DNA from: Squalus acanthias
Taxonomy: Eukaryota
DNA: 64,000 bases
Direction: 5' to 3'
Assembly (NCBI GenBank): GCA_030390025.1
Contig: CM059432.1
Span: forward strand, 25,112,001-25,176,000
Under the pieces are notes generated by a model. It was given only the letters and a program-made list of their open reading frames with translations, searched no databases and was not told the DNA's origin. The translations under genes were made by a program, and so were the position numbers. Positions 23,226 to 33,567 of this stretch are shown here, piece after piece. How positions within the stretch are numbered: the stretch's first letter is position 1; the number at the start of each line of letters is the position of its first letter.

Positions 23226-25005
23226 AACTGGAGGGAGGAGAAAAAGAGTATTAAAAGAAAGTTTTTAAAACAAACAGTAAACATAAAGCCTGCTGACATC
23301 AGAGGTATAGCAATGCAGGTAAGTGATAGAGCAGTGGAGCCCACACTCCAGTGGTCATATATCAGTTAAACGGTTGACTTAAGAACATTGTGACACTAAT
23401 GTGCATTAAGAAGGATGTTGCGCAGAACTGATTCAATTGGATCCATAAAGTTCCCTGAGCTGCACTGTACACGGACTGCTTGTATATTCCAGTTAAATGA
23501 GCTGTACAGAATATATTCACATCTATTGCTTGAATTAAATACATGAATAAGTACATAGATATATTTCTAGTTTTAAAATACAGCCTATGTAAGGTGGCAA
23601 CAAAGGTTGTTGCAGTAATACGCACGCACAATCTATACATGTAGTTCATTATGTGTGCCATCAAATATCTACTATTTGGTCGACAAATGATTCATGTCAT
23701 ATTGAATTACACTCCTGTTCTCCTGCAGTGGCTTTTCATATTTCCTTGACACCTCAATTCATTAAGGGAGCTGAGATGAAACATGCAACTGAAATCTTTT
23801 GTTCAATAACACGCAAGCTCATATCCTCTGGAACCTGCTTAATTCGCCTCCCTTAACAGAAGGTTGTTCCACTTGAGCACCTACCCTAATCACTGCTGAC
23901 TCCCTCCTGGCGCAAACCCATTGCAAACAGCACATGCATATTTGATTAAAGGTCATGCAAGCCTTCCCGTTCACCCCACAATGAGAGCAAGCAAACCTGA
24001 AAGCAATGAAAGGTAGATTAAGATAACATTACCCAATTAATGTTTGAGGCACAATAACCCATGACCCGGAACAAGTACCGTAGCCTATTGCACGACAATA
24101 GGAATAATATGTTAATTATACAGCCTGATTTTTCTAAAAAAACAAGATGTAGCTGGATGTTAAAGAAGGAAATAGAGCAGAACCACTGCATGATAAAAGG
24201 TGTCATTTAGAAAGAGGCTATAATCATTACACTGATTCTCTCTCTTCATAATTGATCTTCAATCCATTAGAACATGTTTGTTCGAGACAACCTTGGTGTC
24301 TTGAACTACACATATAGAGGATATATATTGAGGAGCTGTGGGGGTGATTACTATCCCAAGAATGGGCTGACTTGATAATGCAAGAGTTGTGCAATTGCCA
24401 GTGAGCTATCAGGTCACTGACAATAGGTGAATATAACTCATTTCCCCAAGTTCCACAATGCACATTCTATTTATCTCCATACAATTTTCTGAGACTTGTC
24501 AACAACTTTCCAGCAAAACATTTGCCTACATGAAACTAGTTGGTACGTAAGCAGCCACACAGCATTATTTTTTCACAATCAGAATTAACCCTTAGACTGC
24601 CCTGTAGGTTCGGGGAAACTCCTGCCTCCCTGGGCCGACCAGTCTTGTTTATTTTCGGCTCACGCTTAGTGATGCTGGGATAAACTCTAATATTGCACCA
24701 ATAAAGCTACTCAAACATAAGGAAGATATTTATCAATCAAATATTAAACCTAAACAACTAAAATAAATATCGAAAACATCATTTTGTATAAAAAATATTT
24801 AAAGGCCTAGAAATTCGGGGTTTTAACGCCACCCGTTACCACCATAATCGGGCAAAAAAATGGCAGCCGCCACTCTTCAGCCAGCTGGCGGCGGGTCCTG
24901 TTGCAGCCGCCATTTTGGGATGGCTGGCAGCGCTGCCAATAGACGCGATCACTGAAGTGATTGAAATTAACCAGATCATGCCATCAGTGAGTGTGCAACA
25001 CACAC

Positions 25006-25268
25006 TTTTTTTTTATTCGTTCCTGGGATGCGGGCCTCGCTGACAAGGCCAGCATTCATTGCCCATCCCTAATTACCCTCGAGAAGGTGGTGAGCCGCCT
25101 TCTTGAACCACAGAGGGCAGTTAAGAGGCAACAACATTCCTGTGGGTCTGGAGTCACATATAGGCCAGACCAGGTAAGGACGGCAGATTTCTTTCCCTAA
25201 AGGACATTAGTGAACCAGATGGGTTTTTACGACAATCCAGTAGATTCATGATCATCATTACTGATACT
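25006..25268 (-). repeat. SINE family B, 5'-truncated
   Basis: Homologous to 56230-56505; 3' tail shared with LINE family X. Confidence 0.8.
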
Positions 25269-25316
25269 TGATGCCCGATCTGCAACATTGGATTTTGCCG
25301 CTGAACTTACCGGCAT

Positions 25317-26794
25317 CTTCTTCTTCTTAGGCAGTCCCTCGGAACCGAGGATGACTTGCTTCCACATTAAAAATGGGTTCGCAGGTGACTGATGAGTCCA
25401 ATGCGGGACCTACAGTCTCTGTCACTGGTGGGACAGACGGTGGTTGAAGGGGCGGGGTGGGTGGGGTGCTTGGGTTGACGTGCGCTCCCAGCGCTGCTTG
25501 CGCTTGGCTTGCGCTTGCTCCCGGCGAAGAGACTCGAGGTTTTCGGCGCCTTCTCGGATGCTTCTCCTCCACTTTGTGCGGTCTTGGACCAGGGGTTCCC
25601 AGGTGTCGGTGGGGATGTTACACTTTTTCAAGGAGGTTTTGAGGGTGTCCTTGAAGCATTTCCTCTGCCCACCTGGGGCTCTCTTGCCGTGTCGGAGCAC
25701 CGAGTAGAGCGTTTGTTTTGGGAGTCTCGTATCGGGCATGCAGACGATGTGACCCGTCCATCGGAGCTGATCGAGCGTGGTCAAAGCTTCGATGCTGGGG
25801 ATGTTGGCCTGAGCGAGAACACTGATGTTGGTGTGCCTATCCTGCCAATGGATTTGCAGGATCTTGCGGAGGCAGCGTTGGTGGTACTTCTCCAGTGCTT
25901 TGAGGTGCCTGCTGTACATGGTCCATGTCTCTGAGGCATACAGCAGGGCGGGTATCACTGCTCTGTAGACCATGAGCTTGGTGCCGGGCTTGAGGTCCTG
26001 GTCTTCAAACACTCTCTTCCTCAGGTGACCGAAGGCTGCACTGGCACACTGAAGGCGGTGTTGGACTTTGTCATCGACGTCTGCCCTTGTTGACAGTAGG
26101 CTCCCGAGGTATGGAAAGTGGTTCACATTGTCCAAGGCCTTGTCGTGGATTTTGATAATTGGGGGGGGCAGTACTGTGTGGCGGGGGCAGGTTGGTAGAG
26201 GACCTTTGTCTTACGGATGTTTAGTGTAAGGCCCATGCACTCGTAAGCTTTGGTGAAGGCGTTGACGATGGTTTGGAGTTCGACCTCCGAGTGTGCGCAG
26301 ATGCAAGCGTCGTCTGCATACTGTAATTCGATGACAGAGGATAGGACGACCTTGGATCTGGGCTGGAGGCGACGGAGGTTGAACGGTTTCCCGTTTGTTC
26401 TATAAATTAGCTCCACTCCAGCGGGGAGCTTACTGAGGGTGAGAAGGAAGATCGAGAAGAGTGTTGGTGTGATGACACAGCCTTGTTTGACCCCGGTCCA
26501 TACGTGAATTGGGTCTGTGGTGGATCCGTTGGTCAGGATCACGGCTTGCATGTCATCGTGAAGCAGGCGGAGGATGGTGACAAACTTTTGAGGGCAGCCG
26601 AATTTGAGGAGGACACTCTATAATCCCTCACAGTTGACAGTGTCGAAGGCCTTTGTGAGATCAAAGAAGGCCACGTACAGCGGTTGGTGCTGTTCCCTGC
26701 ATTTCTCTTGTAATTGACGTGCAGTGAAGATCGTGTCCATTGTGCCCCTTAGTTGGCGGAATCCGCATTGCGACTCTGGGAGGAGCTCTTCGGC
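25317..26794 (-). mobile_element. RTE-clade LINE 3' part
   Basis: FFDLTKAFD, GVKQGC, QYADD, YLGS and QLRWTGH motifs; (AAG)n tail; TSD ACTTACYGGCAT (25305-25316, 26795-26806). Confidence 0.92.
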
Positions 26795-26818
26795 ACTTAC
26801 TGGCATGCCTTAACAATG

Positions 26819-27038
26819 ATGCGGAGATGCCGGTGTTGGACTGGGGTGGACAAAAGTGAGAAGTCGCACAACACCAGGTTATAGTCCAACAGTTTTATTT
26901 GAAATCACAAGCTTTCTCTGTCTATATATGCTTTGCCGATTCGTATTCCTTCACTTCACCTGACGAAGGGGCAGCAGCTCCGAAAGCTTGTGATTTCAAA
27001 TAAAACTGTTGGACTATAACCTGGTGTTGTGCGACTTC
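26819..27038. mobile_element. Short Penelope-type insertion with inverted arms
   Basis: 13-bp TSD TGCCTTAACAATG; perfect 57-bp inverted repeat 26860-26916 / 26982-27038. Confidence 0.78.
26956..26993 (+). ncRNA. Minimal type I hammerhead ribozyme motif
   Basis: TCAC-CTGACGA-A-GGGGC(AGCA)GCTCC-GAAA-GCTT-GTGA. Confidence 0.72.
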
Positions 27039-27279
27039 TGCCTTAACAATGGCAAACCGAGCAAGTGTTGAGAAGCCGGAAGGAGACTCCACCAGTGGTA
27101 TTTAAAATGATCATCAGCAATCACTTGCACCTGACATGTTTATGCAGTTTGATTGGCTCTGTGCTACATTCTGCAACTCCACCAGCTTTATTAATGTCTT
27201 TCAAGGTTCGAAGGTAATAGGGAGTGTTGTTGCAAGTGCAGAATGCCTTCATTATTTTTAAAGGGTTTTGCTCACAGTC

Positions 27280-28422
27280 ATGGGGCTGTATTGGTAGTCG
27301 ACCACGTGCTCCAGAAATTCGGCAGAGGGAGCGGAGGCGGCGAAGAAGATGGGAAGACGGGCACAGAGGGAGGAGGAGGAGGGCCAGGAAGGCTTTCAAC
27401 AGGAGGCCTTACCCACCTAGGGTCTTCCGAGAGCACTTCTCCTACCTCCACCTAAGCGAGGAGCAGTGTATTAGGAGGCTTCACTTCACCAAGGAGGTGG
27501 TCACAGAACTCTTCCACCTCCTGCAACCAGACCTGCAGCCTGAGAGCAGGGCGACCACGGCTCTCCCAGTGGCAGTCAAGGTCACCATCGCCCTCAATTT
27601 CTTCACCAGTGGATCTTTCCATTCTGCAGCAGGAGACATAGCTAACATCTCCCAGTTCGCTGTCCATCGCTGCATCCGGGAGGTCACTGAGGCTCTCTAC
27701 GCCAGGAGAAGGGTCTATGTTGTCTTCTCTCTGAGCAGAGAGAAGCAGGACGAGCGTGCATGTGGCTTTGCGAGGATAGCGGACTTCCCCATGGTGCAGG
27801 GTGCCATTGACTGCACCCACGTGGCTTTGTGGGCACCGCATAACAATCCTGAGATCTTCCGTAACCACTTAATGTGCAGCTGGTGTGCGACCATGCCCAG
27901 TGATTCCTCAATGTCAATGCCCGCTATCCTGGCAGCAGCCATGATGCCTTCATCCTGCATCAGTCCGGTGTGCCAGCAATCTTCCAGCCACTGCAGCAAA
28001 CTCAAAGGTGACTGCTCAGAGACAAGGGCTATCCACAGTCCACCTGGTTCATGACTCACCTCCGCAACCCCAACACTCATGCCCAGCACTCATATAATGA
28101 GAGCCATGCTTCCACCAGGAACATCATCGAGCAGACCATCGGGCTACTGAAGTAACAGTTCCGCTGCCTTGACCACTCGGGAGGAGTCCTTCAGTACTCG
28201 GCGGGGCGGGTGTCCCATTTCGTGATGGTCTGCTGCATGCTTCACGACTTGGCCATCATGAGGGTGCAGCCCTTGCCACCAGGGATTGCGGCACCACCTC
28301 AGGAGGAGGACAAGGGAGAGGATGAGGAGGAGGAAGAGGATGAGGAGGGAGGGCAGGGGTACGCAGCCACTCGCCCTTCTGGACAGGCTGTCCGTGAACG
28401 GCTCATCAGACTCCGACTCTAA
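27280..28422 (+). pseudogene. Harbinger (HARBI1-like) DDE transposase, disrupted
   Basis: RRPYPPRVFR, GAIDCTHV (D1), DKGYP (D2), [13 protein letters not shown] (E), acidic tail; frameshift near 27865 and internal stops. Confidence 0.9.
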
Positions 28423-28602
28423 TGAATTAAACCCCAGGTTCCGATTGCTCACCACATCCCCATCATACTATTCCTGTGTCACGGAATATCACAGCGTCCT
28501 CCTGGGCACAAAGCTAAAATGAGAGACACCATAAAAGATTCCAAACAAAATTAATAAATTGATCAAAAATCAGTTGACACATATTTATAGGAAAAATATT
28601 AA

Positions 28603-30625
28603 CTAATCACCCTTGTGCAATCCCTTAGTGCCTGTCGTTCATGTGCCTTTTCCGACTCTAGTGCTCCTACAAAGTGCTCCCCCAGTGGCTGCAGCATGGC
28701 TGGTGGAAGGCTGCTGAGTTTCTGTATGAGAGACTTCAGATGGCCTTGCAGGACGACCTCGAGCAGCTGTGGCCCTAGAAGGCCTGGCTGTAGACTGCAC
28801 CACCTTGGCATAGGCGGCAGCACTCCGGGCTGGCAGGCTGACAGACAGCGGCAAGGGCAATGGCGGAGTGGCAGTGGTGGAACAGGAATACTTTCATCTT
28901 GAGAGAGGACACCAGTGTCCTGCTCCACTGACCCACTGCCACTCCCCCAGCGCGGTGTCTCAGCATTCCTAGCAATCTGTTGGAGGACAGATTGCTGGCC
29001 TGCTGTGACACCTTGCAAGCCCCTTTCAACACTGGTAAACCCAGTCACGATGGTAGCAGTCAGAGCTTGGGTGGCTTCACACTGAGACTTCATGAGAGCA
29101 GTCTGATTTTGATGGCACCAAGCAGAGACTGCATGAGAGCAGTCTGAGCTTTGATGGCACCAAACAGAGACTGCATGAGAGCAGTCTGAGTTTTGATGGC
29201 ACCAAACAGAGACTGCATGAGAGCAGTCTGAGCTTCCGCTGCAGCACTAAGACGTTGGGTTGCTCCGACTCTGCTGCAATGGAAGCTGTGACATCGCCCA
29301 TCATGCACACTATCACGTCCGAGTTGGCACGGTCTCTCTGGGAGTGTACCATCATTTCCAGGCTGGAAACCCTGGGCTCCATGCTCTGCACAGAGCCTCA
29401 TGCAATGTTGGCTGCGGACTCCTCCACGCTCCTTGACATTGCCGAGATGCTCTCTGGCAGGCTTGCCATTGCACCCATCAATTTGATGTGCATGCCCATC
29501 ACCCTTCTTCTGAAGGCCGCCCCTTTGCGGTCCTCATCCGAGTCCTGCGCAGCAGAACTCGCACGCGAACTCGCCCTCCGGAGAGCTGGCCGCTGAGCTA
29601 CCCTTTTGCCTGGCTTTGCTGCAGCCCACTCGTGCCCAGCGCTTCACCCTGTGCAGACCCCTCTAATAAGTACGCGTAGTGCCAGTTTCTGAGCTGGTGT
29701 CTGCGAGTGACAGATGCAGGGACGCGGTGTCTTCTTCCTCCTCTTCTTCTCCCCCCTCGCTCTCTTCCAGGACCTCAGGGACAGGCGGCTCGGGTGCTTG
29801 TTGATTATCTGAAAGTAGAAAGGCACAAGAGTCAGGTTAGGTGAGGGGAGGCGGGGAGGGCAGCCAGATATGCATGCATACAGCATGAGTAGCTTGAAAG
29901 TGCAAAAAGATTGTGGGATGAGGGGGAAGTGGGATGTGAGAAGAAGGATTAGGAATGAACATACCGTTGTTGCCCCTAAGGGGTTCAGCCTCGCCGGTTG
30001 CCATGACCTCTACTACATGCCGCCCAATTAGCTGGAGAACTCGCTCCGCAAGCTGGCTGAAGTCTTACATTTCAACCTACCTCCCACCTGTCTGCTGCTG
30101 CACCCTCCACTTATGTGCCAGCTTGGCCTCAAGAGAAAGAGAAGTGTGCAATGTGTTTGGGTGATGTGCCTGGCATAGTTGAATAGCTGTCAGTGTGTGC
30201 AAAGTGTAAGATGTGGGTGTGAGTGTTTCAGCAGTGGTAAGGTTGTGAGGGTGAAGTGAAGCCATGATTGTGAGGTGTGAGTGGTGATAGGTAGAGATTG
30301 TTGTTAGGTGAGTACTGGGGGTGTGGTGCATTGAGCAGTGTGTGAGGCTTGTGGTGCAGATGGTGGTATGTGGCATTTTATGAAGCCTTAACTCACCTTG
30401 ACCACCCGTGTCATTAACCTTCTTCCTGCACTGGATGGGGGATCGTGGCACGACAGTACTCGCCGTTACATGGTCGGCTATCTCCTGCTACATGGTACGG
30501 GAGGTATACGGCGAGGGCTTCCTGCCACTTTTGGGTATAGTACATCCTCTCCACGGCCACAACAAGTGCCTCCAGAGCTTCATTGGAGAACTCCTGGCTC
30601 TCTCCCTGTTACGATGATCTGCCAT
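28603..30625 (-). pseudogene. Harbinger Myb/SANT-like DNA-binding protein gene, 3 exons (about 30625-30397, 30127-29965, 29808-28603), disrupted
   Basis: MADHRNRERA..SNEALEALV..QCRKKVND; GT-AG sites aag/gtgagt, ttgag/gcc, acg/gtatgt, ttcag/ata; exon 1 homologous to 61895-62132. Confidence 0.75.
29084..29235 (-). repeat. 42-bp coding tandem repeat (about 3.6 copies)
   Basis: gagactgcatgagagcagtctgagYtttgatggcaccaaaca units at 29084, 29125, 29167 and 29209. Confidence 0.95.
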
Positions 30626-31189
30626 TGCTATTGATCTGCAACTCTTGCTTGTGCTTCTCCTTCTGCTTGTTGGGGCAGCTGTAGTTCCAACTGCCCTGAC
30701 AATGAAGTGCTGTAGCATCAATGCACCTCCCCTTTAAGTACTGAATAAAGCCTGTGCCATACCTTACTGTGAATTAGACTGGCCCCGATATTGTTCCACC
30801 TGTTGAGCGTTAAGCCAATGAGCAGCAGTTTTAGCGCTGAAATCATGACTATAATCATGTTAATGAGAAGTGAGTACGAATTTTGCGTGCTACCTAGACC
30901 ATTTTCAGGTGGCGCAGCTTAACATCATTTGGTCTTAACACTGCCCGTTTCGTGGCTATGTCCAATTTCTTGACCAAAGACTTTACCCATGCTCCCCCAT
31001 CGTTCTTTTTCATCTAATTTCCTTTTTTTCTGTTTCAGTTTAAATTTTATAACTATACAAACCTTTGTTGCTTACTTTTAAGTTTTCTTCTGTTCCTGCT
31101 CCCACCATCCATTTTGGAGGTATAAACAAGAAAAAAATATTTTCATTGAAGACAGTAACCAGCCAATTGAAACCCCAGATTGGCATATC

Positions 31190-31600
31190 AACTTTTCTTC
31201 AATCCCATGCTCCTGATCTTTGGCCACTCGGTGCAGAAGGGGGGGGGGCGGGCAAGTCGGTGAACCGCCTCGTGGGTCTGCTCCTAGGCCTGGCCAAGGT
31301 GGCCATCCATAGGTCCAGGTTGGACTGCGGCCCTTGGGGGTGGTCACTCTAGCTGCCTGCCTCACTTCCGCGGCTTTTTCTGTGCCTGGGTGGCTTTGTC
31401 CGCGCCCGGGTGGCCCTGGAGAAGAACTATACGGTATCCGCCGGTACACTTGAGGCCTTCCACCGACTGGAGTGCACAGTCGACATGGGTAATAATATTA
31501 TTATTTAATTTTATAACTTTCCTTTGTTTTTTTATGATTTTGTTTTCTATTAGTTGTGCCCCTTTCAAAGGGGGCACTTTTGTTTGTTTTTGTTTGATGG
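31190..31600 (+). mobile_element. Tx1-like (L1 group) LINE 3' fragment
   Basis: LLIFGH..LVGLLLGLAKVAIHRSR resembles recalled Tx1 ORF2 C-termini; T-rich 3' UTR. Confidence 0.6.
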
Positions 31601-32521
31601 CACTGGAGCAACCCAGTATCTTCTTATCATCTAAATCAAGAAAAGGCGTACCAACTTTGTGAAACCAAACCAGGAGTTGCCTCTGTTGCCAGCAGCTTCT
31701 ACAGACTGACAGTGCCCAACAAGCAAACTCCTTTGTGGTGATTAGAGGGTTAGGTGAGATGTGCTGGCATGGTTGTCACAGAATGAGCGTCGGAACATTG
31801 ACTGACTTAATCTGGATTTCCCATCATTTGATGGTGCAATGGGAAGACTGGAAATCAGATACAAAGTTCTGAAGCCTCACAGCTAATATAAGGTTTTCAC
31901 TTTCTGCTAAGACAAAGCCAGAGGCAGGATGCTACAGGGGTAGGAGGTGACTTTTGATGTTTCCTTTTCTGCTAATGAAAATGAATTGGAAAACATAAGA
32001 ATGAATGGCTCTGGATAATAAGATACAGACATTTAAAAAAATGAACCTCTCTTTTAATAACCAGCCCTTTGCTCTCCAGTTGACAGTTCTGTACCAATAA
32101 CAATCTAGCGCTAATGCCATCTACAAACTGGGAACGTTAAGCCAATCCTCCAAATTTGACAATATAGGTAGTACATTGCATAATGCACACAATTAAGAGG
32201 AAAACCAGTCAATAACCTGTTGACAGCTGGTTTATCAGAACATCAAACCTTCATGTACATAGGGAGAACATTCAGTGGTATGTTGTGCTGCTCACCTTTT
32301 AGTAAAACTCAGGGTTCTGTATGTTTGATGAATGATTCCTCACAACATGAATAAACAAAATGTTTTTCTCACTGAAAATTATGACGTCCAATTTATGCTT
32401 TTTTTCAGTTGAATTGTGTAGGCTGTGAAAAACCATTGACTGGCAATCTGACTAACTTAGGGCTATCTGCATCTTTACATTTCTCAGCTAGTCCACCACT
32501 TTGTCCACAATCATTCTAGAC

Positions 32522-32845
32522 TAACAACAACCTATATTTATATCGCCCCTTTAATGTAATAAAGTGTCCCAAGGCGCTTCAGAGGAGTGTTATCAAAAAA
32601 AAAAAATTGACACCAAGCCAAAGAAGGAGATGTTAGGGCTAATGACCAAAAGCTTGATCAAAGAGGTAGGTTTTAAGGAGCGTCTTAAAGGAGGAAAGAG
32701 AAGTGGAGAGATTTGAGGAGGGAACTCCATAGCTTAGGACCTAGGCAGCTGAAGGCACGACCGCCAATAGTGTAGCATTTAAAATCGGAGATGTTCAAAA
32801 GGCCAGAATAGGTGGAGCGCAGAGGTCTAGGGGGATTATAGGATA
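32522..32845 (-). mobile_element. L2 3' fragment
   Basis: Homologous to 11853-12180. Confidence 0.85.
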
Positions 32846-32874
32846 ACAAAATAGCAACAGACTGGCAGTTGGTT

Positions 32875-33196
32875 CTCATACTGTCCTTTCACCTGTTGCA
32901 CCTGCATTGGAATCCAACTCAAACTGGTGGAATTAAGATGTCCTCTCCCAACTGGCTGAAAGGATTCCTTCTGAAATGGCATTAATTGGTAATTATTAAC
33001 CTCGGAGAGCCCACAAGGAAATGAAAGTCGTCAGACTGGTACAGCTGGGATTAAGGCCTGTTATTAGGGCAAAGTAGAGGGAGCCATGTTCAGCAGTTGG
33101 CAGATATTGCTGGCCCAAAATTGCGAGTCATTGCTGACACTGATGCCCTGAAATCAGGAGTGTTCCTTTCCTTAGCACTAACATCACTCACCTTTG
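32875..33196 (+). repeat. Degenerate LF-SINE-like repeat
   Basis: cctttcacct...gaatcca head; 3' part similar to 55918-56060. Confidence 0.4.
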
Positions 33197-33222
33197 GTAA
33201 GTACACAAAAAGTCATCAGCAG

Positions 33223-33529
33223 GGGCTAGAAATTCGCTACAGCCACGGAATGGGCGGTGTTAGGACTAAAAATGGTGAATTTGCTGAAAATGGTCTAAAC
33301 TGCACGCAAAATTCGTCCTCACTGCTCAGTAAAATGATTTCAGTCTTAAATCTAGTCTAAAAACCCAAGCTCATTGACGTTACACTTAAACCCGGCAGCG
33401 TTAGTGGGGGTCCGGATTTGGCATGCGGCGCTGGATTCGACAGGAGCTGTCGTTACAGCTCTCAACACCGCATTAGCGCCATCTACTGGCGCTAACGGGT
33501 GGCGCTAAGGGGACAAATATTTCCCCCCC
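33223..33529. mobile_element. MITE of the same Harbinger family as 24804-30975 and 61539-63207
   Basis: Left arm matches 61539-61710; right arm nearly identical to 63105-63207. Confidence 0.85.
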
Positions 33530-33567
33530 AATGTTTTAGAAATGTATGTAGGCATGTCAGTTTCATT

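Larger units (their letters stand above)
24804..30975. mobile_element. Full-length decayed PIF/Harbinger DNA transposon with nested SINE, RTE and Penelope-type inserts
   Basis: TIRs GGCCTAGAAATT / AATTTCTTGACC (10 of 12 match), AAA flanks, convergent transposase and Myb/SANT genes. Confidence 0.85.

Noticed and set aside
27224..28054. Domesticated host HARBI1 gene
   Set aside because: Frameshifted, contains stops, and sits within TIRs with a Myb partner, so it is a transposon copy
29084..29235. CRISPR-like array
   Set aside because: Contiguous units with no unique spacers, in a eukaryotic coding context
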